This document shows, one piece after another, positions 12,362 to 27,200 of a stretch of 64,000 bases of DNA (the stretch's first letter is position 1; each line of letters starts with the position of its first letter). The translations under genes and the position numbers were made by a program. The stretch is from the NCBI RefSeq assembly GCF_963921235.1, contig NC_086097.1:135038001-135102000 (forward strand), read 5' to 3'. The stretch comes from Mobula hypostoma. Its lineage: Eukaryota. The notes under the pieces are model-generated. The model was not told the DNA's origin. It saw nothing but the letters and a program-made list of their open reading frames with translations, and made no database searches.

Positions 12362-15300
12362 ACATAAGACCATAAGTCGTTGGAGCAGAATTAGGCCATT
12401 TGGCCTATCAAATCTGCTCCATCATTCCATCATGGCTGATTGATTATTCCCCATCAACTTCATTCTCCTGCCTTCTTCCCATAACCTTTGACGCCCTATC
12501 TAATCAAGAACCTATCAACCTCTGCTTTAAATATACTCAATAATTTGGCCTCCATAGCCACCTGCAGTAATTAATTCCACAGAATCACTACCTCTGGCTG
12601 AAGAAATTCCTCCTCAACTCCATTCTAAATGAATGTCACGCTGTGCCCTCTGGTCCTACTCCCACCCAATATATAAAACATCTTCCCTACATCCAACTCT
12701 ATCCAGACCTTTCAATATTTGATTCAAATATTCTCCTAAACTCCAGGTGAGTACAGGCTCAGAACCATCAAATGCCCCTCATACGTTAACCCATTCATTC
12801 CTAGAATCATTCTCATAAACTTCCTCTGGACACTCTTCAACGCTAGCACATATTTTCTTAGATAAATGGCCCAAAACTGCTCACAATACTCCAAGTGCAA
12901 TCTGACAAATGCCTTATAAAGCCTCAGCATCACATCTTTGCCCTTATATTCTAGACCTCTTTAAATGAATGCATCTGCCTCTCTTTCCACTGCCTTAACC
13001 TGCAAGTTAACCTTTAGGGAATCCTACACAAGGTCTCCAAAGACACTTTGCACCTCTGATTTTTGTATTTTCTCTCCAATTAGAGAATTTTCCTCTATTT
13101 CTCTATTTAGAAAATAGTCTACACCTTTATTCCTTCCACTGAAGTGGAAGACCATACACTTTCCTACACTATAATCCATCTGCCACTTCTTTGACCGTTA
13201 TCACAGTCTGTCTAAGTCCTTCTCCCAACTTCCCACTTCCAGAACACTACTTGCTCCTCCACCTGTCTTCCTATCACCTGCAAGCTTTGCCACAATGCAA
13301 GCAATTCCATCATCCAAATCATTGATATAAAATGCGAAGAGACGTGGTCCCAACACCGATCCCTGCAGAACAACACTAGTCACTGGGAGCCAACCACTGC
13401 AGATCAGCCAATCTTCCGTCCACGTTCGTGTCTTTTCTGCAATACCATGGGCTCTTATCTTGTTAAGCAGCTTAATGTGTGGCACTTTCTCAAAGGCCTT
13501 CTAAAAATTCATGTAAATAACATCCTTTGTTTATTCTGCCTGTTATTTCCTCAAAGAATTGCAACAGATTTGTCAGGCAAGATATCCCCTCAAAGAAACC
13601 ATGCTGACTTTGGCCTATTTTATCACGTGCCTCCAAGAACCCCAAAACCTCATCCTTAACAATGCCCCCTAACATCTTTCCAACCACTGAAGTCAGGCTA
13701 ACTGGGTGATATTTTCCATTCTTCTGCCTCTTTCTCGTCTTACGTAGTGGAGTGACATTTGCAATTTTCCAGTCCTCTAGAACGATTCCAGAATCTAGTG
13801 ATTCTTGAAAGATCATTACTAATGTCTCCACAGTCTCTTCAGTTACCTCTTTCAGAACCCTGGGGTGTACTCCATCTGGTCCAGGTGATTTACAGTACCT
13901 ACCTTCAGACCTCTCATCTTCCCAGGCACCCTCTCTTATTAATAGCGACAACACTTACTTCTGCTTCCTGACACTCTTAAATTTCTGGCACACTGCTCGT
14001 GTCATCCATAGTGATGACTGACGCAAAATACTTATTAAGTTCCTCCACCATTTCTTTGTCCCCAATGACTCCCTCTCTAGTATCATTTTCCAGTGGTCTG
14101 ATATCCACTCCCGCCTCTCTTTTACTCTTTAAATACTTGAAAAAAAATCTTTTGGTGTTCTCTTTTATATTATTGGCTAGCTTCCCTTCCTATTTCATCT
14201 TTTCTCTCCTCACTTTTCAGTTGCCTTCTGTGGTTTAAAAAACTTCCTAATCCTCAAACTTCCCACTATATTGTACTCTTGCTTTTTTGCCGTCTTTGAC
14301 TTCCCTTGTCAGCCATAATTACCTCAACCTCCCTTTAGAATACATCTTCACCATTGAGATATATCTGTCCTATGCATTACGAATTGCCCCTGGAAAGTCC
14401 AACCATTGTTGTCCTGCTGTCATCCCTGCTAGTGTCCCCTTCCAAACACCTTTGGCCAGTTCCTCTCTCATGCCTCCCTTTACTTCACTGTAATATTGAT
14501 ACTGACTTTAGCTTCTCCCTCTCAAATTGCAGGGTGTAATCTATCAAATTATGATCACTGCCTCCTCAGCATTCATTTACCTTAAGCTCCCTAATCAAAT
14601 TTGGTTCATTACAAAACACCCAATCTAGAATTGCCTTTCACCTAGTGGACTCAACCACAGGCTGCTCTAAAAAGCCATCTCGTAGGCATTCTACAAATTC
14701 CATCTCTTGGGATCCAGCACCAACCTGATTTTCCTAATTTACCTGCACATTGAAAACCCCTATTACTATCATAACATTGCTCTTTTTACATGCATTTTCT
14801 ATCTGCTGTTATAATTTGTATCCCACATCCTGTGTACTATTTGAAGGCCTGTATATAACTCCCATCAGAGTCTTTTTACCACTGCCATTTCTTAACTCTA
14901 CCCACAAAGATTCTGCATCTTCCGGTCCTATCTTACTTCTTTCACAGGATTTGATTTCATTTTTTACCAATAGAACCTCCCCACCCCCTCTGCCTACCTG
15001 CCTGTCCTTTCAATACAAAGTGTATTCTCAGATGGTAAGCTCCCAACACAGATCTTCTTTCAGCCATGACTCAGTGTCACAATGTCATATCCGTCAATCT
15101 CTTAATTGCACTACAATATCATCTACCTTATTCCATATACTGCATGCATTCAAATATAACACCTTCAGTCCTATATTCATCACCCTTTTCAATTTTTCCC
15201 CCACGTTACAACTCATCCCACTGACTGCAATTTTGCCTATAATCTGTCTGTCCTTCCTCACAGCCTCACTACACACTACATGTACTTGTGTACCAATTGC

Positions 15301-16140
15301 TCCATTCTCTGCCCTGTTAGTCTGGTTCCCATCGCCCTGTCATATTAGTTTAAACCCTCCTCAATAGCTCTCACAAACTTGTCTGCAAGGATATTGGTTC
15401 CCCTCAGGTTCAGGTATAATCCATCCTTTTGTACAGGTCCTAACTTCCCCAGAAGAAATCCCAGTGATCCAGAAATCTGAAATCCTGCCCTCTGCACCAG
15501 TTCCTCAGCCACACATTCATCTGGCAAATCATCCTACTCTTACCCTCACTGGTGTGACGTACAGGCAGCAATCCAGAGATTACTACCTTGGAGGTCCTGC
15601 TTTTCAGCATTCTACCTAACTCCCTCTATTCTCTCTTCAGGACCTCCTTCCATTCTCCACCAATATCGTTGGTACCAATATGCACCACGACTTCCGGCTG
15701 CTCACCCACCTCCTTCAGAATGCTGCGAGACGTCCCTGACCCTGGCACCTGGGAAGCAAAATACCATCCAGGTGTCCTGTTGACATCCACAGAATCTCCT
15801 CTACGCTCTCTAACTATGGAATCCCCTATCACTACTGCACACTTCTTCTTCTCCCTTCTCCTTCTCCCTTCTCTTCCACAGGGCCGCATTCAGTGCCACA
15901 GACCTGTTTGCTGTGGCTTCTCCCTGGTAGGTCATTCCCCCCCCCAACAGTATCCAAAGTGATATACTTATTATTGAGGGGAAGGGCCACAGCACTGCTT
16001 ATTCTCTCTCCCTCTTCTGACAGTCACTCACGTACCTGCCTCCTGCAAATTAGGGGTGACTACTTTCCTGTAGCTCTTATCATCTCCTCATTGCCAAAGA
16101 TCATCAAGCTACGGCTCCATTTCCTTAACATGGTCTCTAA
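12362..16140 (-). mobile_element. Near-full-length degenerate CR1 LINE
   Basis: ORF1 SGNH motifs IGDSIV and HIGTND. ORF2 fragments KSPGPDG and QGSVLGP. TCTTATGG-type tail at the left end. Confidence 0.9.
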
Positions 16141-16785
16141 GGAGCCCTTCCTCTGTAACAACAGATTCAGCAATCTGTTTTCTTTTTTATCACCTTGATG
16201 TAATTATATATGACATTATCTGCCTGGATGGCATTCAGTCTTTCCCTGTATCTCACTACATGTGACGATGATAAATGAGTATCAAGTTAAAAGTATGAAT
16301 CCTCAGAACTGCAGTCTACCAGACTCCTGAGGGAAAGTGGGGGTTGCTGGACTGGAGGATTTCTTCAAAGAACTGGCACCGTTATGACTGGTTCAATAGC
16401 CTCCTTCTCTGTGGTAAGGTTTTCCAAAAAGCCGGAGGTGAAGCAAAATCAGAAAACACTTAAAAGATATTCGAAATTCCCAACTGCGACAGATGTGTTT
16501 GCTGGGCAGATCCCACCAGTTTGTGTCACGGGATCAATGGGATCGATCCCACCAGAATTATCTGGGGTGAAGCCAACAGCATTCATGCTGAGTTCCTGTC
16601 TGCATACCAAGCTGGCTATAGAGGAAAGAGAAAACTTAAAACCTGCTGCAGCTGTTTAAAGAGCTTTGGCAACTAAAAGGCTCAACCCTTCCATTTACAA
16701 AAGTCCATTTGATACACTTTATAACACAGGAGAAGGCCATTTAGTCCATCGGATCCATTCTGGCTCCTGGGGACTTATCCAAGTC

Positions 16786-17172
16786 AGGTCAAGTGGAGTT
16801 AATTGTCACGTACACAAGAACGATGAGAAACTTGCTCACCACAGCATCATTGGCACGTAGGCTCAGACAACACACAGAATATAAATTATACAAGGCAATT
16901 AAGAGAGAAAACAAAAGACCTTGGTACAAAAAATAAGACTCCACAGAGAACCATGTAGTGCACGAGGTGATCCATAATTTTCTGTTGCTGAGGCAAGGTT
17001 AGGGTTGTGCAGGATGGATCAGGAACCTGATGATTGTGGGAAGGTAGCTGTTCCTGAACCTGGTGGTGTGGGAATTCAGACTTCTGTATCCTCCTACCTG
17101 ACAGAAGCATTAAGAAGAGCACATGGCCTGGATGGTGGTAACCTTTGAATGATAGCCGCTGCCTTCTTGAGG
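16786..17172 (-). mobile_element. Rex1/Babar-type LINE 3' fragment
   Basis: Homologous to the 3' region of the 17940 and 46125 copies (LLSGRR..HHQVQEQL-type remnant). Confidence 0.55.
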
Positions 17173-17939
17173 GACCTCCCGGAGATGCTATCAGATCTAT
17201 TCCTCCTCTCCTTATTTTACTTCAGATCCTCTCCACAGACCCATCAATTTGCTTCAAATCTCCGATCACTCACGCACACCACAGGTAATTTATAGTGGCT
17301 AATTAAGACATTTTTTGGAATGTGAGCAGAAACCTATGATAGAAAGAATCTGTAAACTCTGCACAAACAGCGCCCAAGGTCAGGGTTGAATACAGGAGGA
17401 ACTATTCTAACTGCCCTTATCTATGGAAGGATTCTCAAATTCATTTGGATACAGTTTTATAACTTTTTTTTTAGTTGGACTAATAATCAAGAAGTTTAAT
17501 AGACCAGAGATACAGTAACTAATACCTAGAGTTTTTAGAGTCCTAATCTCACATTAAAGTTTGGATTGAATCCAGTTAATTTACATATGAATTAAAGAGC
17601 TAATATCGGCAATGACAGAATGAAACTAATGGAATTCTTTTAAAATCTGAAGAGTTTCACTGCACTTTTTTAGAGGAGGAAGCTTGCTCACCCTTGCCAG
17701 TCTGACTTCACACCGCAGCAACGTGGCCAATTCTTGAGTACATAAGATATAGGAGGAAGAATAGGTATTAAGCCTTTGAGTATGTTCAGTTGTTCAACAA
17801 GATTATGGCTAGTGTGATCATGACCTCAACACCACTTTTCAGTTTATTCACCAGGATTCTCAACTCCTTTTGGATCAAAAGGTAGTCTGCTTTAGTCCTG
17901 AATGCATTCACTGGCTCTGCTTTTACAGCTCTTTGAAGG

Positions 17940-18587
17940 AAGTGTGAGCAGTGTCAAGTTCCTGGGTGTCAACGTCTCTGAGGATCTATCATGAGCCCAA
18001 CACATTGATGCAATTACAAAGAAGGCATGACAGTGGCTATATTTCATTAGGCGTTTGAGGAGAATTGGTACATCACTAAAGACACTCGCAAATTTCTACA
18101 GTTGTACTGTGGAGAGCGTTCAAACTGATGCATCACCGTCTGGTATGTAAGGGCCACTGCACAGTATTGAAAAAAGCTGCAAAAAGTTGTGAAGTCAGCC
18201 ATTTTCATCATGGGCACTAACCTCTCCAGCATCCAGGACACCTTCAAAAGGCAATGCCCCAAAAAGGCAGTATCCATCATTAAGGACCCCCATCACCTAG
18301 GACATACCCTCTTCTCATTGCTACCATCAAGGAGGCGGCATAGGAGCCTGAAAATACACACTCAACATTTCAGGAACAACTTCTTCCCCTCTGCCATCAG
18401 ATTTCTAAATGGACAATGAACCCACGAAAACTTCCTTAGTATTTTTCCACCTCTTTTTGCACTACTTTTTAAATATATATATTTCTTATGGTAATTTACA
18501 GTTCTCATTACTGTGTATTACAATGTACTGCTGCTGCAAAACAACAAATTTCACAATATATGCCAGTGATATTAAATCTGATTCTGA
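17940..18587 (+). mobile_element. Rex1/Babar-type LINE 3' fragment
   Basis: KFLGVN.SEDL, FYSCTVES, HTLFSLLPSRRR, FFPSAIRFLN. Tail gtgatattaaatctgattctga. Confidence 0.75.
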
Positions 18588-20214
18588 AAGTCCCAAAAGT
18601 TCACAGCCCTCTGAAGGAAGAAATCCATCTACATCTCCGCACATGGTGAGTTTTGCAGGTTGTATCAACTGCTGCACAAACGTCTCTGCACTTTCTGCAG
18701 TGGCTCACTGCTCACTATCTTGAGGCAATCAGAGACAGGCTTGGTAGTAAAATTTATTTGAGAAAAAGTAATTAAAAATACCTGCAGCTGGGCAAAACTC
18801 TCCCTTTCTTAGCTGCCTTGATAAATCTCAGTCAGAATCAAATGCATAGAAGGGAAAGCTGTTGAACTGAAAAGAAAGTTTTTGCTTAGAGTGTATGTTA
18901 TGGAGGCCAGGAACTGCCAAGAACAGGGAAGGAACAAAAACATCAAATTTATCTCATTTTTGAAAGTAAAATCGAACATTCTGTAAGCCAACTATGGTGC
19001 AAGATTGTTTACAAAAGATGGGGGAAGCAGACGCTCGTCTTCTCTAAGGCTGTGCCCAAGAGTAGATCAGCAGTATAAACAAGGATTGATTGCAACGATG
19101 AGCGCACTAACTAGGAATCTGTGCCAGCAATGAGACATCTGCACTATATCTTGAGGAAGTAAGACTATCTCAGGCTTGGCAGTGTATATATGAAAATTTT
19201 TGTTGAGAGAATCTGTGGCATAAACTGCAGTTGAAACTTGGGTACTTCCTTGCCTGTAAAACATTTTGGAATATCCTGAATTAGGTGTGAAAAGGGGACA
19301 GAATTGCAAAATAAGGGACTAGTTATGTAACACAGAGGTGCTGAGAAATTTCTTTTCTCTAGGGGGTAGTGAATCTTTGCAATTATCTGCCCTTGAAGGT
19401 GATGGAAGCCAGATTTTTAGGTATATTTAAGGTGGAGACTGATAAATATTTGAAAGATCAAGGAACAGAGGGTTAAAAGGAACTGACACAGAAGAAAAGA
19501 TGAGGCCATCAGAGATCAGCCACGATCATATTGAATTGGGAGCAGGCTTGAGGGGCTTGGTGGCTGCTCCTGCTCTTACTTTCTTGTGTCCTTATTATTA
19601 ATGGCCTACCTTTCTCTTACATGCACTGGCACAACTCACCTCAACTACTCTCGTATACATGAGCATCAGTCACACCAGATGCCTCGACAGACTCCAAGAC
19701 ATGGACACTAATATATGCACATGTCTAATGTACATAATGTGCTGTACGTGCCTGTGATGCTGTTGCAATCAAGTTTTACACCGTACCTGTACATTGCCAA
19801 AATGGCGCAAATGACAATAAATTCAACTTGACTTGATAAGTACCTGCCACTGCCTTACAATAAGACGACCACTTTGCAGGAGCGAATTCCATGTTCTCAC
19901 TGTCCTCTAGCTAAAGAAGTTTCTCCTAAATTCAATGATGTCTTTTACATTGACCAAACACCCTCAAAAGTGGAAATATTTTTTTTCCAAACTTATCTTG
20001 TCAACTTTAAAGACTGTTTAACATTGCCACTTCGTTCTGGGATTATTCTTGGGAAATGTCTGTTTGCAACAGTGACTACTTTGGTCACTTTGCACTGCCA
20101 TGTCCTGCAGCCCTGTGTCAGCATAATAGTGTGGCAAGTAGTCATGGTGTCATAGCATGATCAAGGCCCTTCAGCCCAACCCATGCATGCTCCCAATATG
20201 ATCATCTAGTCCCA

Positions 20215-20530
20215 GAGATACAGCCACCGATTCACTGCCCCAGCAACTTAGATTTGATTCAGACTTCGGGTGCTGTCTGTGTGAAGTTTGCCCATTCTCC
20301 CTGTAACTGCATGGTTTCCCCCAGGAGCTCTTCTTTCCTCCCACATCCCAAAGATGAGCTGGTTGATAGGTTAATCAGCCATTGTCAATCATCCCTAGGG
20401 TGAATCAGTGGTAGTAGAATCAGCAAGGAGTTGATGAGGACATGAGTGAGAATAGGATGGTGGGCTATAAGAAGGAGAGAAGGACTAAAGGAAATGCCCC
20501 TTACAGCTGGCATAGACTCGATGGGCCTAA
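20215..20530 (+). mobile_element. HE1/V-domain SINE, degenerate
   Basis: V-SINE-like core gtgtgaagtttgcccattctccc...ttcctcccacatcccaaaga and a CR1-like tail. Confidence 0.6.
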
Positions 20531-20720
20531 TGTTTCATATGCAAGGTGATTGATTAAGTGCACTCAAAAAGGACACCAAACCACTGCACTTCAACAAGAG
20601 CACCAACTCCAATGTCACAAAAGCGATCAGGGCACATGGCAAAGGTCAGGTCTTGCCCATACCCTGAGAATTAGGACGTGATTGAAATATGTGAACATGT
20701 TAAGTAACATACTGGATGTT

Positions 20721-20845
20721 GAATAGACCCTTCTTGGGCTTCCAGCCAGGTACAGTTATCGATTACAACTGACGTTTCGATGACAAACTTTGCCATCTTC
20801 TTCTTCAGGGATGATGCCTAGATCCTAGCATTAGATCCTTTTTCC
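20721..20845 (-). mobile_element. 125-bp Penelope-type insert consisting mainly of a hammerhead motif
   Basis: Perfect 14-bp TSD ACATACTGGATGTT at 20707-20720 and 20846-20859. CTGAAGA..8-bp stem II..GAAACGTC on the - strand. Confidence 0.75.
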
Positions 20846-22355
20846 ACATACTGGATGTTATACCAGCTTCAGCGTTAAGTCATCAGCAAGCCAAACTGCT
20901 GAATTCACCTGACACCACAGGGTTCAAGAAGGTTTCTTGCCATCTTCTTTGCGACTCCAAAGGATATCAGCATTCCCAGCAACTCTCATTTTTCCTTAAA
21001 TAAGTACTAAGCAAAACGGTAATTTTACTATATTGATAGTGATTCCTGATTTACCACATTACAGAAAATCTCTGATTCAGGGGTTGTAGGTACTACTCCA
21101 AACACTTGAGGTCAACGCTCCATTAGACTACTGCATAGTCAGAGGTCCATGGCCCTGCCTGCTCTCACAGGTATCCTGGCAAAGGTCAGGGAAGTTGGTG
21201 CCAGAATGTGTGGAGACATGTGCAGGCTGCCTCCAGTATGTCCTTAGGGTATGTTAGCAAAAGACACATTTCGCTGTATGTTTTGATGTATGTGTGATAA
21301 ATAAATCTAAATCTGAATAGGAATCTGAATCTCAGTATCCTGTCTAATATTTATCCCCATACCAGCTTCACTTCAACAACGATCACATTTGTGAAGCTTG
21401 TTGTGTAGTTGGTTACCACCTTTCATGAATTATAAAAGTACAAAGATTTCCACCTGACAACATTCATTATACTTTAAAAGCAATGCACTTTCTGAAGAGC
21501 ACTTTATAACATCCTGAAGTGCAAAAGACACTGCGGACAAGCACACTCCTTGTTATTTCAGAGCAGCCAAAGTCAATTTGAATGTCCTATACACAAGTAC
21601 CAGACAGGTATGCATAGGTGCAATGGAAAAACTTATTTGCAGCCGCATTATAGGCACACAACATTCACAAGAAAAGCATTGGTTAAACATACATAACACA
21701 CAATTTTATCTGAAAGAATACAATTAGAACAAAAAAAATGTTTATTATGGTGCAAAGTTATCAAAGTGTTGCTCTACTGAAGTAGTGATTGGGGTTATCC
21801 AGACATAGTGAATAGAAGACCCACGCAGGCTGTTTTTATGGTACTGGGTACAGTTTTTATGTGCTGTTTACAAGAATGGGTTACAGTATGGCTAGCAACA
21901 AGTGAAATCTCTAGAAGGTGGAACAGATTCAAATAGCAGACAGCTGCACAGTCCAAAATTCTTTAATGCTATCTGATAATCAGAGAGTCGCTCCAAGTCC
22001 AGCTTCCTTCATTTTCACCTTACTTATTAGACTTGTGGTCAGAATAGGAGTTATGTAGGGGGAGGGGAGGGGAGAAGAGAAGCGAGCCATCCAAGGGGAC
22101 TCTGCTGCCCTCAGCAGGATACATAGTATTACTTTCTAGCTTTGTGTAGTGCATCATGCAATGTGAATTTTCAATCTCTGAATAGACTAGTCTTTCTACT
22201 CATACTTAATTCCAAGCACATAGAATTGTTAACAGTTCCAAAACCTCAGGGAAACATTCTTTAACATTTGATACCATATTTAACATGGCAATGATATCCT
22301 TCAAAGATTTGATCCACTTGTTTAAATTAATTTGAATTTGATAATCTCTGTTGCT

Positions 22356-22830
22356 TAGACCATAAATCAATACAGCAAAATCCGGCCATTCGGCCCAACA
22401 GGTATGCTCTACCATTTGATCATGGCTGATTTTACTATTCCTCTCAACCCCGTAACCTTTGATGCCCTTACTAATAAATAAACTTTCAACCTCTGCTTTA
22501 AATCTGCCCAGTAACTTGGCCTCCACAATCTTCTGTGGCAATGAATTCCACAGATTCACCACCCTCTGGCTAATGAAATTCCATCTCATTTCTGTTCTAA
22601 AGGCATGTCCTTGTATTCTGAGGCTGAGCCCTCTGGTCCGAGACTCCCCTTCTACTGGAGTCATCCTCTCCATGTCCTGTATCTAGTCTTCAATATTTGG
22701 TATGTTTCAATGAAATCCCTCCCTCATTCTTCTAAACTCCAGTGAATAAAGGCCCAGAGTCATCAAACACTCCCCATACGTTAACCTTTCCTTTCCCAGC
22801 ATTATTCACATGAACCTTCTCTGGGCCATC
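22356..22830 (-). mobile_element. CR1 3' fragment
   Basis: RTRGLSLR..FISQRVVNLWNSLP and CR1 tail. Confidence 0.8.
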
Positions 22831-24292
22831 TTCAAAGTTTAGTAATTCTTCTGTCTCTATTAATCAAAAGGGGGCATGGAGTACATGGAGTTGGAGGAAT
22901 ATGGGTGAAAGGGGAAATTGGACTGGGTAGAGAACGTGGTCAGCACGGGCACATTGGGCTTGTATCTGTGCTGTATTGCTTTATGACTTTTTGACTCTCT
23001 GACTTTACGCCCTGCACTGGGTTGACTGTGCATCAGTGAGGAGGTGGCAATTCAAGGAGGAAAATGTAGGAAATGCCTGACAGGAGAGGCAGCATATTAG
23101 AAACAAGAGACAGGGTCAATGTTTTCAGGTCAGCAACTTTCCATCAGAGCCAAGAAAAGTTCAAGATCAAGGGACAGGGGTGGAGAGAACAGAAAGAGTA
23201 TCTGTGACAGTGTGGAGAACAAAAGGGTGAGAGAGGGTGGCGAAAGCTTGTTAGTTGTGGATGATCTGTCCAGAGGAGAATGTGGATAAGAACAGAAAAG
23301 ATATATTAAAAAAATGCTGAATTTGATAGATACTAGAAATAGCATGTCAGACAGTAACTCTGGAAATTGAAATGCAGGGTGGTTGGTATCTCGAGCACTT
23401 TGTCAGAGACAGAGACAGTCACTATGTTTAAGAGGCATTTAGACCAGCAAGACAGAGAAGCGTATCCTAGTACAAGCAAATAGGATGAGTGTAGTTGGAC
23501 AAAGAGATTGGCATGGATGTGGTGGGTCAAAGGCAGCACCTCTGCGCTCTACAATTTCTATGAGAAAGGATTCGATAAGTGCGGGATACGGAATGGATGC
23601 ATTTGGGAGCCATGCCAAAGTTGGTGGAGGAAAGTTATAGGAAAAAGACATTGTGGAAATGCTGAGCTAAGATTTTCTCATCAGGACAGATACAACACCA
23701 CTAGGAAAATTGGGAGAATGGAAAAAGGTACCCTATACTGTAGTGGGACAAAATTACCATCCCTTCCCATTTCTATCAGATCTGATTAGGTTTGGTGACC
23801 GGTTAATCTAGGTTAATTCTATTTCTGTGTTTCTGCAGATACTGCCTGGGGTACATTTCCAGATTCTCTTTTATTTCAGATTTCTAGCAACTACATTAAA
23901 ATAATGTATGCAATAATTTGGAGGGGGAAAAACTTTCTGAAAGGTCTCTGTTGTAGTCACACAAAAAAAATCTCACAGGAGAGCACTAGCTCAAGGAAAT
24001 TCTTTGCTGAAATATTTGTAGATGACTCAGTGTTCTTGCCTTTAAGCCACTTAGATATGGATAAAATTGGTTAGATGTTTTGCAAAGATTGACCTGCTTC
24101 ACAAGCAACAAAGCAATCAATCTTATAAAGGCACTAAGAAATTGCTCACATCTTATCTGTCATGTACATATTCATTTGCTCTTTGAAGAATTCAGATTAT
24201 AACAATGTTAGTGTTCGTGTCAGTTTATTATTGTCACATTCTGACAATGCACTCAAAGGCTTTTGTTTGTGTGCCATCCGGACAGATCATAC

Positions 24293-27200
24293 CAGGGGAC
24301 CAATATCGTGGCAGGGAGGTTTGCTAAGGGTATTGGGGAGAGTTTAAACTAGAATTGCAGGGGGGTGAGAACCGAACTGAAGAGACGAAGGAAGGGGCGG
24401 TTGACTCACAAATAGAGAAAGCTTGGAGACAGTGTGACAGGGAGGATAGGCAGCTGATAAAGAAGGGATGCGCTCAGACTGATGGTTTGAGATGTGTCTA
24501 CTTTAATGCAAGAAGTATCATGAACAAAGCTGATGAGCGTAGAGCGTGGATCAGTACTTGGAGCTATGATATTGTGGCCGTTACAGAGACTTGGATGGCT
24601 CAGGGGCAGGAATAGTTACTTAGAGTGCCAGGCTTTAGATATTTCAGAAAAGACAGGGAGGGAGGCAAAAGAGGTGGGGGCGTGGCACTGCTGATCAGAG
24701 ATAGTGTCACGGCTGCAGAAGAGGAGGAAGTCATGGAGGGATTGTCTACTGAGACTCTGTGGATGGAAGTTAGGAACAAGAAGGGGTCAATAACTCTACT
24801 GGGTGTTTTTATAGACCACCCAACAGTAACAGGGACATCGAGGACCAGATAGGGAGACAGATTCTGGAAAGGTATAATAATAACAGGTTTATCATGGTGG
24901 GAGATTTTAATTTCCCAAATATTGATATCCCTAGATCAAGGGGTTCAGATGGGGTGGAGTTTGTTAGGTGTGTTCAGGAAGGTTTCCTGACGCAATATGT
25001 AGATAAGCCTACAAGAGGAGAGGCTATACTTGATCTGGTATTGGGAAATGAACCTGGTCAGGTGTCAGATCTCTCAGAGGGAGAGCATTTTGGAGACAGT
25101 GATCACAACTCTATCTCCTTTACCATAGCATTGGAGAGAGATAGGAACAGACAAATTAGGAAAGCGTTTAATTGGAGTAAGGGGAAATATGAAGCCATCA
25201 GGCAGGAACTTGGAAGCATTAATTGGGAACAGATGTTCTCAGGGAAATGTACGGCAAGAAATGTGGCAAATGTTCAGGGGATATTTGTGTGGCGTTCTGC
25301 ATAGGTACATTCCAATGAGACAGGGAAAGAATGGTAGGGTACAGGAACCGTGGTGTACAAAGGCTGTTGAAAATCAAGTCAAGAAGAAAAGCTTACGAAA
25401 GGTTCAAAAAAACTAGGTAATGATAGAGATCTGGAATATTATAAGCATAGCAGGAAGGAGCTTAAGAATGAAATTAGGAGAGCCAGAAGGGGCCATGAGA
25501 AGGGCTTGGCGAACAGGATTAAGGAAAACCCCAAGGCATTCTACAAGTATGTGAAGAGCAAGAGAATAAGATGTGAGAGAATAGGACCAATCAAGTGTGA
25601 CTGTGGAAAAGTGTGCATGGAATCGGAGGAGGTAGCATAGATACTTAATGAGTACTTTGCTTCAGTATTCACTATGGAAAAGGATCTTGATGATTGTAGG
25701 GATGACTGACAGTGGATTGAAAAGCTGGAGCATGTATACATTAAGAAAGAGGATGTGCTGAAGCTTTTGGAAAGCATCAAGTTGGGTAATTCTCCAGCAC
25801 CGGACGAGATGTACCCCAGGCTACTGTGAGAGGTGAGGGAGGAGATTGCTGAGCCTCTGGCAATGATCTTTGCATCATCAATGGGGACAGGAGAGGTTCC
25901 AGAGGATTGGAGGGTTGCAGATGTTGTTCCCTTATTCAAGAGTGTGTGCAGAGATAGCCCAGGAAATTATAGACCAGTGAGTCTTACTTCAGTGGTTAGT
26001 AAATTGATGGAGAAGATCCTGAGAGGCAGGATTTATGAACATGTGGAGAGGCGTAATATGATTAGGAGCAGTCAGCATGGCTTTGTCAAAGGCAGGTTAT
26101 GCCTTACAAGCCTGATTAAATTTTTTTGAGGATTTGACTAAACACATTGATCAAACTAGAGCAATAGATGTAGTGTATATGGATTTCAGCAAGGCAGTTG
26201 ATAAGGTATCCCATGCAAGGCTTATTGAGAAAGTAAGGAGGCATGGGATCCAAGGGGACCTTGCTTTATGAATCCAGAATTAGCTTACACACAGAAGGCA
26301 AAGAGTGGTTGTAGACAGGTCATATTCTGCATGGAGGTCTGTGACCAGTGGTGTGCCTCAGGGATCTGTTCTGGGACCCCTTCTCTTCTTGATCTTTATA
26401 AATGACCTGGATGAGGAAGTGGGGGGATGGATTAGTAAATTTGCTGATGACGCAAAGGTTAGGGGTGTTGTGGATAGCGTGGAGGACTGTCAGAGGTTAC
26501 AGTGGGACATTAATAGGATGCAAAACTGGGCAGATGGAGTTCAACCCAGATAAGTGTGAGGTGGTTCATCTTGGTAGGTCAAATATGATGGTAGTATATA
26601 GTATTAATGGTAAGACTCTTGGCAGTGTGGAGGATCAGAGGGATTTTGGGGTCTGAGTACATAGGACCCTCAAGGCTGCTGCGCATGTTGACTCTGTGGT
26701 TAAGAAAGCATACGGTGTATTGGCCTTCATCAATCATGGGATTGGGTTCAAGAGCCTAGAAGCAATGTTACAGCTTTATAGGACCCTGGTCAGACCCCAC
26801 TTGGAGTACTGTGCTCAGTTCTGGTCACCGCACTACAGGAAGGATGTGGAAAGTACAAAAAGGGTGCGGAGGGGTTTTACAAGGATGTTGCCTGGATTGG
26901 GGAGCATGCCTTATGAGGATAGGTTGAGTGAACTTCGCCTTTTCTGCTTGGAGCGGTGGAGGATGAGGGTTGACCTGACAGGGGTGTATAAGATGATGAC
27001 AGGCATTGATCATGTGGATAGTCAGAGGCTTTTTTTCCGGGGCTGAAATGCCTAAAAGAGGGCACAGTTTTAAGGTGCTTGGAAGCAGGTACAAAGGAGA
27101 TGTTAGACGTAAGTTGTTTTTTTTAAATGCAGAAGTGGTGAGTACGTGTGGAATGGGCTGCCAGCAATGGTGGTGGAGGTGGATACGATAGGGTCTTTTA

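Noticed and set aside
14750..15367. 205-aa plus-strand ORF (likewise 48444-49115 on -)
   Set aside because: Antisense shadows of CR1 ORF2.
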